This document shows, in pieces, positions 29,143 to 39,976 of a stretch of DNA of 64,000 bases (position 1 is the stretch's first letter; every line of letters starts with the position of its first letter). Location of the stretch: NCBI GenBank assembly GCA_012840225.1, contig DULU01000089.1:14089-78088 (forward strand), in the 5' to 3' direction. The notes under the pieces were generated by a model, which saw nothing but the letters and a program-made list of their open reading frames with translations, was not told the DNA's origin and ran no database searches. The position numbers and the translations under genes were made by a program. The DNA is from Bacillota bacterium. Its GTDB lineage: Bacteria > Bacillota > Limnochordia > DTU080.

Positions 29143-29583
29143 CTACCTATCAAAAATTTCATCCAACACCACGTCGGCCAATCCGGCCAAAGAGCCGACA
29201 TGAGCCGAGGTCCACACACCCCACCCCAACCCGGACCAGGAAAATCCGGTGTTGCCGGTGACAAATCCGCTCAAGCCGCCACTTACAGCGCCGATCACCG
29301 CTCCCGTGATCACTGCTTCCGCGGCCTCTTCTACCGTGGGAGTATCATCAGAGATAATATACTCGAAAAACGAACCGACAGCTCCGGAGATAGCCCCAGT
29401 AACAATGCAGAGCCATTCGCCGTCCACAGTTGCCATCTCTTCTGCAGAAAGAGGACGGCCATATGCGGACCAGTCGACGGCAGGCGGTTCTGCAGCGAAC
29501 GCCGCCGGAGCGGCCATTGATTGCAGCCCGAAGACCAAAGACAAAGCTACCACCATGATCAAAGAAAACCAACGTTTTTTCAT
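29143..29583 (-). CDS. Secreted bacteriocin-like / glycine-zipper precursor (146 aa)
   Basis: Sec signal (MKKRWFSL...AFA), LSAEEMATVDGE resembling a double-glycine leader, and a GAxxGA-rich hydrophobic core; GAGGAGG RBS. Confidence 0.55.
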   Translation of the reverse strand: MKKRWFSLIMVVALSLVFGLQSMAAPAAFAAEPPAVDWSAYGRPLSAEEMATVDGEWLCIVTGAISGAVGSFFEYIISDDTPTVEEAAEAVITGAVIGAVSGGLSGFVTGNTGFSWSGLGWGVWTSAHVGSLAGLADVVLDEIFDR

Positions 29584-29738
29584 TTCTGCCTTCCTCCTCA
29601 AGTCTCACAGGCGGCTGGACGGTTTTCAAACTAACATAAAGTTCTCCACCCGGGCAAAGACCGTATAGGGTGATGAAAGGAAATTAGCCAAGCCTTCCCT
29701 GTATGGCCATCTCTTTAAAGCTCTGCCGTTCTCAGGAA
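29532..29738. repeat. Imperfect direct repeat, copy 1 (~205 bp; upstream region plus first ~17 codons of the precursor gene)
   Basis: Aligns by eye with 30155-30358. Confidence 0.9.
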
Positions 29739-29908
29739 ATCACAGACGGAAAAATGTTGATAGAATTGAAATTGGCGAAAGGCGGATCGGCCTTCATTTC
29801 TCCCCAACAGACACCAGGGCACACAAAAGAAAAAGGCGCCCTGTTCAGGCGCCAGGAAACGGCAGGCGGCCGACCGGGTGCCCGCACCCGGTTAACCTCT
29901 GCTTTGCT

Positions 29909-30118
29909 TTATTTTAATAAGCCATGTTTGACAAAATACCACAGAAAAAAGCTCATGGAAAACCAGTATAAATTAATACGCAACAGGCCTAGACCGCTTT
30001 TTTGTTCAGGCGACAACTTTTTTCTTTCCGTTATGTTCATAGCTGTAGTAAAGAGAGTGGCAAACATGATGGATGAACCTAACCGGGTGCCAAAAAACTC
30101 GATGTCTATGGCGCTCAC
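29909..30118 (-). CDS. Small AT-rich membrane protein (possible immunity protein)
   Basis: 69 aa with two hydrophobic segments; GTG start after GGAG; lies between the two repeat copies. Confidence 0.4.
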   Translation of the reverse strand: MSAIDIEFFGTRLGSSIMFATLFTTAMNITERKKLSPEQKSGLGLLRINLYWFSMSFFLWYFVKHGLLK

Positions 30119-30149
30119 CTTCCGTTCTCCGCTTTCGTCGGTTAAAGCG

Positions 30150-30206
30150 TCAATAGACCAGAGACAAAGCTACCATCATGATCAGGGAAAACCAACGTTT
30201 TTTCAT
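30150..30206 (-). pseudogene. Truncated paralog of the bacteriocin-like precursor (MKKRWFSLIMMVALSLVY*)
   Basis: Near-identical to the first 17 aa of 29143-29583, then a TGA stop. Confidence 0.7.
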
Positions 30207-30358
30207 TCCGTCTTCCTCCCCAAGCTCACAGGCGGCTGGACGGTTTCCAAACTAACAGAAGACCTCCGTCCGGGCAAAGACCGTATGGGGTGAAGAAAGG
30301 AGATTAGCTAAGCTCTCCCTGTATGGCGATCTCTCTCAATCTCAGCCGTTCACAGGAA
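30155..30358. repeat. Imperfect direct repeat, copy 2
   Basis: Aligns by eye with 29532-29738. Confidence 0.9.
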
Positions 30359-30390
30359 TGCGCCGGCTTGATACTGTTAAATAACGAATT

Positions 30391-32805
30391 CTAGATAACG
30401 AATTCGCCTTCAATATCGGCTTTGCTGCGCAAGACGCTCTTCGCCCGGAAAATGCGTTCCAACGGCGAGAGCTGCGACAGGAGGTCTTCATCGACCACTT
30501 CATGGGTTTTTCCCGCTTTGACGGCCGCATGCGTGGACCACTGGCTTTGCTGCTTTTCTATATCTTGGATATGCACCACCGCCAAGGCCGTCACATCGAT
30601 GATATCGGACACATCGTCCGAATTGCGCAGAACATATACGGGACGTTCCGTGCCCAGGAGGATCGGCCCCATCACTTCCGCGCCGCCTAATGACTGCAAA
30701 AGCCGCACGGCAATATTGGCTGCTTCCAGGCCGGGGAAGACCAGGATGTTCGCCGCATCGGTCAGGTCGCTGAAGGGATGCCGCTCATCCAGCAATTCAT
30801 GATTGACGGCCAGGTGAGCCTGAATTTCCCCGTCGCAAACCACCTCGGGACGCAACACTTTCACCAGTTCGGCGGCTTCGCTCATTTTCACCGCTGCCGG
30901 GTGGCGGCTGGAACCGAAGCTGGAGAAGCTGAGCATGGCGATGCGCGGCTCCACGCCCATCGCCCTGACCCGCTCTTCAGCCATCAACGCGATATGGGCC
31001 AGATCCTCGGCGCTGGGATTTACATTCACCGTGGGATCGGTGAGGAAGAAGATACGGCCGGCAATAGCGGTTATATATAGCCCGGCCACGATGTTATAAC
31101 CGTTGTTGGGCCTGATCACCTGCAGGGCGGGACGCATCACATCGGCGGGATGCAAAGCCGGGCCGCCGACCAAAGCCTCGGCTTCCCCTTTGGTCACCAG
31201 CATGGCACCGAAATAGATAGGCCGGCGCACCATGATGGAAGCCTCGGTGCGGGTCACTCCTTTCCGCTGCCTCATCAGATAGAGTTCCCGGGCAAATTCT
31301 TTCAGGCGCTTGTCCGTATTGGGATCTATGATTTCCGGCAACTGCCGGATGCCGAGGCGCTCCGCTTTCTCCTTGATCACCTCTTCCCGCCCCAGCAATA
31401 TCGGGGTGGCGATATGCTCTTTCGTCATGACGGCGGCCGCTTTCAGCACCTTCTCATTTTCCCCTTCGCTGAAGACCACGCGCCTTTTGTCCCTCTTCAC
31501 CCGCGTCATGAGATTCAGCTTGATCTCTTTGGTCGGTCCCAGGCGGGATTGCAGGCCGACTTCATATTCCTCTATATCGATGATCTTGCCGGCTACTCCG
31601 GAGGCCATGGCCGCTCTGGCCACCGCCGGGGCTACTCTGGTGAGCACTCTGGGGTCCAAGGGTTTGGGAATAATGTAATCGGGTCCGAAGGAGAGATGAT
31701 CGACGCCATATAGATGAGCAATGGAAGCGGTCACCGGCTCCCTGGCCAATGCGGCCAAGGCCCGGGCGGCCGCCAGTTTCATCTCCTCGTTGATCTGCCT
31801 GGCGCTTACATCGAGCGCTCCCCGGAAGATGAAGGGAAAGCCCAACACATTGTTCACCTGATTGGGTTTGTCGCTTCTTCCTGTGGCTACAATGGCCTCG
31901 GGACGCAGAGCTTTGATATCTTCATATGCCATTTCCGGATCTGGATTGGCCAGGGCGAAAACGATAGGCTTTTCCGCCATGGCGCCGACCATCTCCGGAG
32001 TCAGCGCCCCCTTGACCGAGAGGCCGATAAAGACATCGGCGCCAGCGACGGCCTCAGCCAGCGTGGCGACATCCACATCGCGAGCAAATTTGGCTTTATA
32101 TGGATTCAGGGAATCCAGGCGGCGTTTTGTGATCACACCTTTGGAATCGCAAAGGAGGAGATGATCGGCGGATACTCCCAGCTGCAGGAGAAAATTGGCG
32201 CAGGCGATGCCGGCGGCGCCAGCACCGTTGATCACCACCTGCACCTGCCCGATCTCCTTGCCCACTATTTCCAGAGCGTTGAGCAGTGCCGCACCTACAA
32301 TGATCGCCGTGCCGTGCTGATCGTCGTGAAACACCGGGATGTGCAGTTCTTTTTTCAGCTGCTCTTCAATGACGAAGCAGTCCGGGGCTTTGATATCCTC
32401 CAGGTTGATGCCGCCGAAAGAAGGAGCGATGGCCTTCACGATGCTTACCACCTGGGCGGGATCCCCGGCGTCGATTTCCAGATCGAAGGCATCGATATCG
32501 GCAAACCGTTTAAACAGGACACACTTGCCTTCCATTACCGGTTTGGCAGCCAGTGGTCCCACATCACCGATCCCCAACACCGCCGTGCCGTTGGAGACCA
32601 CGGCCACCATGTTGCCCTTGCTGGTATAATCATACGCTTTTTCCGGACTGGCGGCGATCTCCCACACCGGTTCAGCCACACCAGGGGTATAAGCGAGCGA
32701 TAAATCACGCTGGGTGACCACCGGTTTGGTGAGGCTCAAGCCTATTTTCCCGGGGCGTCCTCCGCAGCTGTGATAATTCAAGGCTTCTTCTTTGGTTATT
32801 CTCAT
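30391..32805 (-). CDS. maeB: NADP-dependent malic enzyme with a C-terminal phosphotransacetylase-like domain
   Basis: [32 protein letters not shown] and [10 protein letters not shown] motifs; PTA-like AMLSFS..GS and DGEIQ. Confidence 0.95.
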   Translation of the reverse strand: MRITKEEALNYHSCGGRPGKIGLSLTKPVVTQRDLSLAYTPGVAEPVWEIAASPEKAYDYTSKGNMVAVVSNGTAVLGIGDVGPLAAKPVMEGKCVLFKRFADIDAFDLEIDAGDPAQVVSIVKAIAPSFGGINLEDIKAPDCFVIEEQLKKELHIPVFHDDQHGTAIIVGAALLNALEIVGKEIGQVQVVINGAGAAGIACANFLLQLGVSADHLLLCDSKGVITKRRLDSLNPYKAKFARDVDVATLAEAVAGADVFIGLSVKGALTPEMVGAMAEKPIVFALANPDPEMAYEDIKALRPEAIVATGRSDKPNQVNNVLGFPFIFRGALDVSARQINEEMKLAAARALAALAREPVTASIAHLYGVDHLSFGPDYIIPKPLDPRVLTRVAPAVARAAMASGVAGKIIDIEEYEVGLQSRLGPTKEIKLNLMTRVKRDKRRVVFSEGENEKVLKAAAVMTKEHIATPILLGREEVIKEKAERLGIRQLPEIIDPNTDKRLKEFARELYLMRQRKGVTRTEASIMVRRPIYFGAMLVTKGEAEALVGGPALHPADVMRPALQVIRPNNGYNIVAGLYITAIAGRIFFLTDPTVNVNPSAEDLAHIALMAEERVRAMGVEPRIAMLSFSSFGSSRHPAAVKMSEAAELVKVLRPEVVCDGEIQAHLAVNHELLDERHPFSDLTDAANILVFPGLEAANIAVRLLQSLGGAEVMGPILLGTERPVYVLRNSDDVSDIIDVTALAVVHIQDIEKQQSQWSTHAAVKAGKTHEVVDEDLLSQLSPLERIFRAKSVLRSKADIEGEFVI

Positions 32806-32905
32806 CTTTACCCCTCCTGGACCGCACTCTATCTAGTTTAAAATTCATCCCGCACTGCCGGACTCCTGTGCCGGGCGGCTGATATCGCCGCTTTATTGCG
32901 TCTGA

Positions 32906-34162
32906 TTATGTACCGGCCTGGTAACTCCGCAAATAAGCCACCTGCTCCGGGGTCAAGGTTTCCAGCTTGATCCCCATGGAGGCCAGCTTCAACGCCGCCA
33001 CTTTCCTGTCGATCTCTGTGGGCACCGGATAGACCCGGCATTCCAGGCGCCCTTGGTTTTTGAATATATACTCGGCGCACAAAGCCTGATTGGCAAAGCT
33101 CATGTCCATGACCTGGGCGGGGTGTCCTTCCGCAGCCGCCAAGTTGAGCAGCCGGCCTTTTGCCAAAAGGCGCAGGCGGCGGCCGTCCGCCATTATAAAC
33201 TCATCGACACCCGGGCGCACCTCTCTAATCTCCACGGCCATCTCTTTCAGGGCGGCGAGATCCACCTCCACATCGAAGTGACCCGAATTGGCCACAACGG
33301 CACCGTCTTTCATCAGCGCAAAATGCCGGCCGGCCAGCACATGCTTGTTGCCCGTCACCGTCACAAAGACATCGCCTAGCGGCGCCGCTTCCAGCATCGG
33401 CATCACCCGGTAGCCTTCCATCACCGCCTCAAGCGCCCGCAGGGGATCGACTTCCACCACGATGACGTTGGCGCCCATGCCTTTGGCCCTCATAGCCAAC
33501 CCCCGGCCGCACCAACCATAGCCGATCACCACAAAGGTGGTGCCGGCGATCAGCATATTGGTGGCCCGCAGCAGCCCGTCGATGGTCGATTGCCCCGTGC
33601 CGTAACGATTGTCGAACATATGCTTGGTTAAGGCATCGTTGACGGCGATCACGGGAAACGGCAGCTGCTTGTCGGCCTCCATGGCTCTAAGCCTGATGAC
33701 GCCGGTGGTGGTCTCCTCCAGGCTGCCCATGATATGAGGGATCAATTCCCGCCTTTGCCCGACGATGGTGTTCACCAGATCGGCCCCGTCGTCCATAGTG
33801 ATCTGTGGCTCGGTGTCCAGCACCTGGTTTATGTGCCGGTAATAAGTGGCGGTGTCTTCCCCCTTCACCGCATAAGTAGGTATACTGTATACCTCATTCA
33901 ACGCCGCCGCCACATCATCCTGTGTAGACAGCGGATTTGAGGCGCATAGCGCCACTTTGGCCCCACCGGCCGCCAGGGTGCGCATCAGATTGGCCGTCTC
34001 GGTGGTGACATGCAGGCAAGCCCCGATGGTCAGGCCGCTGAGCGGCCTGGTTTTCAACCATTCATTTCTGATGCTGGAAAGGACCGGCATGGCAGCTTCT
34101 GCCCATTCTATCCTCCGCCGGCCAAGAGGGGCGAGCGTTCTATCCCGGCAATCTCCCGGCAT
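32906..34162 (-). CDS. ahcY: Adenosylhomocysteinase (SAH hydrolase)
   Basis: [37 protein letters not shown] and [12 protein letters not shown] motifs; start at the ATG after AGGAGG. Confidence 0.96.
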   Translation of the reverse strand: MPGDCRDRTLAPLGRRRIEWAEAAMPVLSSIRNEWLKTRPLSGLTIGACLHVTTETANLMRTLAAGGAKVALCASNPLSTQDDVAAALNEVYSIPTYAVKGEDTATYYRHINQVLDTEPQITMDDGADLVNTIVGQRRELIPHIMGSLEETTTGVIRLRAMEADKQLPFPVIAVNDALTKHMFDNRYGTGQSTIDGLLRATNMLIAGTTFVVIGYGWCGRGLAMRAKGMGANVIVVEVDPLRALEAVMEGYRVMPMLEAAPLGDVFVTVTGNKHVLAGRHFALMKDGAVVANSGHFDVEVDLAALKEMAVEIREVRPGVDEFIMADGRRLRLLAKGRLLNLAAAEGHPAQVMDMSFANQALCAEYIFKNQGRLECRVYPVPTEIDRKVAALKLASMGIKLETLTPEQVAYLRSYQAGT

Positions 34163-35075
34163 TCTGTGTCCTCCTATAACCGGCCAGGCGCTCTTCCGCC
34201 AGCCGGCAGTAATTCTCCTCAATATCGTACCCTACATAGTGCCTGCCGTTCATCAGAGCGGCGAGGCAGGTGGTCCCCGAACCGTTGAAGGGGTCAAGCA
34301 CCACATCGCCGACATAGGAATATAAGCGGATCACCCTGGCGGCCAGCTCTACCGGAAACGGGGCCGGATGGCCGATCTTGCGCGCCGACTCCGGCGCAAT
34401 CTCCCAGACCGACAGGGTGGCGGCCATGAATTCCTCCCGCGAGATGTCGCTTTCTCCCTTGTCGGGGCGACCAAAGCTCTCTTTCACCAAGACCAGCAGG
34501 TATTCGTGGATATCCCGCAGCCTGGGCGCCTTGGCCGAACACCAGCTGCCCCAGGCGCAACTGCTGTTCATCCCCTTGCCCTTCTGCCAGATGATCTCGC
34601 CGGCGGTCTTGAAGCCGATGGCCATATGCCTGGCGTAAAAGTAGGCATGGAGGGGGATATATGGCGCTCGCCCGATATTGGCGATATTGATCACATACCG
34701 GCCGCCCGGCCGCAGCACCCGGTATACTTCCGCCCCCACCCTGGCGATCAGATCCAGATATTCCCGGAGGGAGAGGTCTTCATCATAGGTTTTCCCTGTG
34801 TTGTAGGGTGGTGAAGTGAAGGCTAAGGCCACCGATTCATCAGGGATATGATGCATGTCTTCCGCAGTGTGGCAATAGACGCGGTTCGCCCATTCCTCAA
34901 GCGGCCGGTATGGGACCGTCCTCGCTGCGGCTTCCCGGTCAGGTGGGGGAGCGGCATAAAGCGCCGCTCCCATGAGCCCCGGATCGTCCTGATATAAACT
35001 GCGCCGGTAAAATTCGCCGGCATCATGCGCCTCGCGTTTTCCCGCTCCAAAAGAATAAGTTTTTGTTCTGCCCAT
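34140..35075 (-). CDS. Site-specific DNA methyltransferase (N4-C/N6-A, beta class), orphan
   Basis: FTSPPY catalytic motif precedes HPAPFP and [11 protein letters not shown] (SAM binding). Confidence 0.9.
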   Translation of the reverse strand: MGRTKTYSFGAGKREAHDAGEFYRRSLYQDDPGLMGAALYAAPPPDREAAARTVPYRPLEEWANRVYCHTAEDMHHIPDESVALAFTSPPYNTGKTYDEDLSLREYLDLIARVGAEVYRVLRPGGRYVINIANIGRAPYIPLHAYFYARHMAIGFKTAGEIIWQKGKGMNSSCAWGSWCSAKAPRLRDIHEYLLVLVKESFGRPDKGESDISREEFMAATLSVWEIAPESARKIGHPAPFPVELAARVIRLYSYVGDVVLDPFNGSGTTCLAALMNGRHYVGYDIEENYCRLAEERLAGYRRTQNAGRLPG

Positions 35076-35152
35076 TCCTTCAGACCTACCTAGTTATTTA
35101 CATAACCTATTGGCAACAGAGGCCTCCGGCACCTTCATTCTTTGGGATATTT

Positions 35153-37033
35153 TTATTCTACGGTGACGCTTTTGGCCAGATTGCGCGGGTGATCGACATC
35201 GCAACCCCGGTTCACCGCCGCATAATAGGCCAAAAGCTGCAGGGGAACAGCGGCAATGATCGGCATGAGATCCGGATCCACCTCCGGCAGGTAGATGACC
35301 TTATCGGCCACATCCACGAGCGGCCGGTGCCGGTTGTTCTCCCCGGTCAAAAGCAACACCTCGGCGCCGCGGGCTTTCACTTCCTTGATGTTGCTGACCA
35401 TTTTGTCGAAAAGCTGCGGCTGGGTAGCCAGCGCCACCACCGGCGTACCTTCGGTGATCAGTGCCAGGGTACCGTGCTTCAACTCCCCCGCCGCCAGGGC
35501 CTCGGCGTGGATATAGGATATCTCCTTCAGTTTCAGCTGACCTTCCATGGCCAGCGGATAATCCAGACCCCGGCCGATATAATACACATCGGCGGTGCGT
35601 CCCCACTCCACAGCCACCTCCCGCACCTCCGGCTCAAGGCGCGGTATCATCTCCCTCATCACCCCGTTGAGCGCCAAGAGCTCCCCAAGAAGGGCCGCCG
35701 CTCGGTTTTGGTCCATCTCTCCCCTGGTCGAGGCTATATATATCCCCGTCAAAGCCAAACAGGCCAACTGGGAAGTGTAGGCTTTGGTGGAGGCCACGGC
35801 AATCTCCGGACCGGCCTGGGTATAAAGTACATAATCGGCTTCCCGGGCCACAGAGCTACCCACCACATTGGTAACCGCCAGAGTGACGGCTCCCCGGCGC
35901 TTGGCTTCCCGCAAAGCGGCCAAGGTGTCGGCCGTCTCTCCCGACTGGCTGACGATGACCACCAAGCTGTGCCGGTCCAGATGAGGGTGATGATAGCGGA
36001 ATTCGCTGGCCAACTCGGCCTGGACCGGCAGGTCCGTCCACCGCCGCCACCATTCCCGGCCAAGATACCCAGCGTGATAAGCCGTCCCGGCCGCCACGAA
36101 CACCGCCTCCCGGCACGCTGCGGCCACGGAGGCCGGCAGCACCTGCTCCAATTTGGGCAGGTGCTTGCCGCCGGTATCAAACCCCACCCGGCCGGCCAGG
36201 GCGGCTCGCAAAGCCGCCGGCTGCTCATGGATCTCTTTGAGCATGAAGTGGTCGTAGCCTTCCTTCTCCGTGCGGCCCGGATCCCAGTCGACGATGAAGA
36301 GGTGCCGCTCCACCGGCAGGCCGTCCAGCTTCTGCACCATCACCTTCTCCCTGCCCACCACGGCCACATCGCCGTCCTCCAGCACCATCATCCGGCGGGT
36401 GTATTTGATGATGGCCGGCATATCCGAGGCCAGGAAATTTTCTCCTTCGCCCAACCCGATGATCAAGGGGCTGTCCTGGCGGGCGGCGAGCAACAAATCG
36501 GGCTGATGTTGATCGAGAACCACCAAAGCATATGATCCGCTCACCACCGACAGCGCCTTGGTCAGGGCCTTATAAAGCCTCGCACCGTGAGCATCGCCCG
36601 AACCTCCGCCGACAGAGGAAACGGCAAATTCCTCGATTAAGTGAGCCAATATTTCACTGTCGGTTTCCGAACTAAATTTGTGTCCTTTCTCGATCAGCCA
36701 AGCTTTCAGTTCCAGATAATTTTCGATAATGCCGTTGTGCACCACACCGATCGTCCCGGTACAGTCGGTATGGGGATGGGCATTGATATCCGTTGGAGCG
36801 CCGTGGGTAGCCCATCTGGTATGAGCAATGCCACTTTGCCCTTCCAGGGGCCTTTTGGCCAACTCCTTCACCAGATTGTCCAGGCGCCCGGCACTCTTGG
36901 CTACCTCCAGTCTGATGTTATTGGTGCAGGCCACTCCCGCAGAGTCATAGCCTCTATATTCCAGCCGGCGCAGTCCGTCCACGAGCACCTCTGCCGCCGG
37001 TCGGTAACCAATGTAACCTACAATACCGCACAT
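35153..37033 (-). CDS. glmS: Glutamine--fructose-6-phosphate aminotransferase
   Basis: MCGIVGY start after GGAGG, LEYRGYDSAG, HTRWATHG, SQSGETADT, GELKHG and PRNLAKSVTVE motifs. Confidence 0.97.
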   Translation of the reverse strand: MCGIVGYIGYRPAAEVLVDGLRRLEYRGYDSAGVACTNNIRLEVAKSAGRLDNLVKELAKRPLEGQSGIAHTRWATHGAPTDINAHPHTDCTGTIGVVHNGIIENYLELKAWLIEKGHKFSSETDSEILAHLIEEFAVSSVGGGSGDAHGARLYKALTKALSVVSGSYALVVLDQHQPDLLLAARQDSPLIIGLGEGENFLASDMPAIIKYTRRMMVLEDGDVAVVGREKVMVQKLDGLPVERHLFIVDWDPGRTEKEGYDHFMLKEIHEQPAALRAALAGRVGFDTGGKHLPKLEQVLPASVAAACREAVFVAAGTAYHAGYLGREWWRRWTDLPVQAELASEFRYHHPHLDRHSLVVIVSQSGETADTLAALREAKRRGAVTLAVTNVVGSSVAREADYVLYTQAGPEIAVASTKAYTSQLACLALTGIYIASTRGEMDQNRAAALLGELLALNGVMREMIPRLEPEVREVAVEWGRTADVYYIGRGLDYPLAMEGQLKLKEISYIHAEALAAGELKHGTLALITEGTPVVALATQPQLFDKMVSNIKEVKARGAEVLLLTGENNRHRPLVDVADKVIYLPEVDPDLMPIIAAVPLQLLAYYAAVNRGCDVDHPRNLAKSVTVE

Positions 37034-37214
37034 GATGAATGACCTCCCGTAATAATCTTGCCAATTTGCACCCCTCGCCGACGCACTATTTCCCAATGCA
37101 CCGACAAAAGGGCAAAAAGCGCGGCCCAAAGGGAGGAGAAAATGGGATTTTCTGCTCACATTGCTGTTTTTTTGATTGGAAGGGAGAAGGAAGGCAAAAA
37201 GGGATCAACCCGTC

Positions 37215-37370
37215 GCCTGGGTGATATCACCGGAGCGCTTTGTCGCCGGAATCGCTTCCGGGTTTTGTCGCCCGCTTGCGGCCGTGATCAGCCGAGTGGT
37301 ATCCGCCGAATCTTTCGATGAACCACTGCCTCGTCAACTTGCCCAATAGGGTAAGTCCCGGCGCTGAAAG
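37215..37370 (-). ncRNA. glmS riboswitch-ribozyme
   Basis: Minus strand reads AGCGCCGGGACU...AGUUGACGAGG..GGUUCAUCGAA..UUCGGCGGAUACC...ACAAAAC...ACAAAG, the glmS ribozyme core, upstream of glmS. Confidence 0.93.
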
Positions 37371-37662
37371 TCAAACTAAACCTCCATCTCCGCCTTGCCG
37401 CTCATCAACCTACCGTGTCACACCTCCTCTCCAGTTTGGCAGTCTCCTCTCCTCAGGCCATGTGCATGAGATAGATTATGACATAATCCGGAGGACGGCG
37501 CAAGAACGACGGCTAGGGGGTCCGCGGGAAAAAAATGCTTGATGATAAGCTTTTCATGACTTTTGGCATAGTCTGTTAGGTTGACATAATCCCGTCATGA
37601 TCGTTATTCTTGGTTTGTATACTTTTACTTTCACTTTTTGCTTATAGATAGGGGGCTTATTA

Positions 37663-38406
37663 GTGTTACTGGGTATTTTCGGCGATATCCATGGTAATCT
37701 CGCCGCCCTGTCGGCGGTGATCGACGACGGGCGCAAAAATGGTGTGGAGCGGTGGATTTGTCTGGGGGACATCTGTTTCCGTGGGCCGCAGCCGGTGGAA
37801 TGCCTGGAACTGTTGGCAGGGATGGACACCCTCACCTGCATTGCCGGCAACACCGATCAATGGCTCTTCCGCGGCTTTCCCGCCATGGCTCATTTCCCTC
37901 CGGAGCGCCGGCGACAGCTGGAAGCGTTCAGAAAATGGGCTCTGAGCCGCATGTCGAAAGATCACTTAAAGTGGTTGGAGGCCGCACCGTTTTGCCACTC
38001 CCTGGCTCACGGCGAAGAGAACCTGCTCTTTGTGCATGCCTCACCTTATTCCACCGAAGACTGGCTGCCGCCTTCGGCGGCCGATGAGTCGTTTCGCCCG
38101 ATGATCACCGGTCACAATGCCACCATCGTAGTCTCCGGACACGTGCATGTGCCGTATCTGCGGCGCATATCAGGCAGGTATGTGCTCAACGCCGGCAGTA
38201 CCGGCCATCCAACCGACAACAATAACCGCGCTTCCTATCTCCTCCTTGAATTAGCCGATTACCAAACAGACGGCGGTTCCTGCCTGGGCATCACGTTCCG
38301 CCGGGTGCCGTATAATCTGGAACTCACGGCGGAAGCCGCCAGGCTGACCGGTATGCCCATGGCTGAAGAATATATCAGCGCGCTGCGCACAGGCGTGCCC
38401 CTCTAA
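37663..38406 (+). CDS. Metallophosphoesterase (YfcE/calcineurin-like)
   Basis: DIHGN, LGD, GNTD, HASP, GHVH and NAGS motifs. Confidence 0.9.
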   Translation: MLLGIFGDIHGNLAALSAVIDDGRKNGVERWICLGDICFRGPQPVECLELLAGMDTLTCIAGNTDQWLFRGFPAMAHFPPERRRQLEAFRKWALSRMSKDHLKWLEAAPFCHSLAHGEENLLFVHASPYSTEDWLPPSAADESFRPMITGHNATIVVSGHVHVPYLRRISGRYVLNAGSTGHPTDNNNRASYLLLELADYQTDGGSCLGITFRRVPYNLELTAEAARLTGMPMAEEYISALRTGVPL

Positions 38407-38441
38407 ACGGGCCCGCCCGGCGCAGGGCGCCGGTACCCAGT

Positions 38442-38717
38442 TCATTCGCCTATATAGATCACCTTTTCCACATAATCCGCAGCCAGCGGCCAGGTATGGG
38501 GTAATCCGTATTTAACACAAATAGTCTCCCACCAGGTGGCTTTTTTCTCAGCCAACTCTTTAGCCAAAGTGAGGGTGATATGCGTCATGCGTATGGCATC
38601 GTAAAGAATGACTATCTCCCGCAGAGAGGCAGCTTCTTCATCAGTAATTGTGGCGACTACAGTGCCCCTTGTCGGCTTCTCCGCCTCGACATTATCTTTA
38701 ACCTGCATAATCGCCAT
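38442..38717 (-). CDS. Hypothetical protein (91 aa)
   Basis: ORF with GAAGGGGG RBS and an upstream extended -10 (TGcTATAAT). Confidence 0.65.
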   Translation of the reverse strand: MAIMQVKDNVEAEKPTRGTVVATITDEEAASLREIVILYDAIRMTHITLTLAKELAEKKATWWETICVKYGLPHTWPLAADYVEKVIYIGE

Positions 38718-38810
38718 CGCAGGATCCCCCCTTCAGAGACACATTCAGCTTATCTAATTTATTATAGCATGAATCGGCTTGTATGGAGCAGGCCTGGAGG
38801 GCAACCTCTG

Positions 38811-39785
38811 TCAAGAGATGTTTTTCTTTTTCTTTTGCTTTTTGTTGGGATGGTGTTTTACCTGTGGAGGAAGTGGTTGTTTATCAGCATTTTTGATTAT
38901 ATGGTCTACTGTTTGATCCAACATCGTGCGTATTTGCTGCAAGTGATCCAGGATGCGCTGGCGCTCATGGGCCGGCAGGTAAAAAGGGGCAATGCGCCGC
39001 AGCTGGGTGAGGGTCTCCTCCGATCTTTCCAGGACGGACACCCAGCGGTCGATATTCCTCTGCACCGCCATCCTTTCATCTTCCGCCTCTTTGGGCAACG
39101 GCTGCACATCGGCGGGACGCCGCACCAGTTTGACGGCTTCCTCCACCGACACGTCGGAGTTGGAGCGCACCAGAGCGCACACTTCTCTCGTCTCCACTTT
39201 GCTCAGCTTATATTCCAGTACGGCATCGAGAACGACATTGCATATGGCAGGGCTGCGCAGCTTATTGGCCAGGGCGCGAGCCTCGGATATATGTGAAAGG
39301 GTAAGAGGGGAATTGCCACCGTTAAAATTGTCTATCAATGCTCTCTGATACCGCTCCTCCACTTCCAGCACATCAAGCCAATCCGTGATGGTGGTGCGGG
39401 GAATGCCCAACCTTTTGGCGGTGACCACTTTGTTCAGCTTTTCCATGGTCATGAATTCATGCACGGCCAGAGCCCGTTCCACGGGATTTAAGTCTTCCCG
39501 CTGCAGGTTTTCGATCAGCTGCAGTTGCTTCACCGGCACGCCTGGTTTGAGGATGATGGCGGCAATAGTTTCTTTGCCGTTCATGATGGCCGCCCGCAGG
39601 CGCCGCTCGCCGGCGATCAGCTGATACCCCCCCTCCACCTCTTTTACCAGTATCGGGTGCAGCAGACCCACTTCTTCCATGGATTTAGCCAGTCCGACCA
39701 GGCTTTCTTTATTGAAAATTTTGCGCACTTGGTTTGGATCTCGTCGTACCAATTTTATAGGCACTTCGATAATTTCCAAAGGCAT
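38811..39785 (-). CDS. ParB/RepB/Spo0J family protein (orphan)
   Basis: PNQVRK.F, GLLHPI, LIAGERRLRA and IENLQREDLNPVE motifs plus an HTH; no parA adjacent. Confidence 0.88.
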   Translation of the reverse strand: MPLEIIEVPIKLVRRDPNQVRKIFNKESLVGLAKSMEEVGLLHPILVKEVEGGYQLIAGERRLRAAIMNGKETIAAIILKPGVPVKQLQLIENLQREDLNPVERALAVHEFMTMEKLNKVVTAKRLGIPRTTITDWLDVLEVEERYQRALIDNFNGGNSPLTLSHISEARALANKLRSPAICNVVLDAVLEYKLSKVETREVCALVRSNSDVSVEEAVKLVRRPADVQPLPKEAEDERMAVQRNIDRWVSVLERSEETLTQLRRIAPFYLPAHERQRILDHLQQIRTMLDQTVDHIIKNADKQPLPPQVKHHPNKKQKKKKNIS

Positions 39786-39976
39786 TCACCCCAATAGCGG
39801 ATGTTGGTGGTAACATTTGTAAGTATATTCGACAGAGGATATGGACAACCTTCATCTATCTTCATGTCCATATCTGGAAAAAATAATAATCACGCCGGAT
39901 TGCCACCCTAGAGTAGGCAACCCGACGTGATTATATCATGGACTAAGGCATCGGCTTTGTGATGCCGGTCAACTTT

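Noticed and set aside
37034-37159. N-terminal extension of GlmS in the ORF track (similar extensions for ahcY, the ADH, the ABC exporter and the last SBP)
   Set aside because: GlmS needs Cys at position 2, and RBSs support the downstream starts
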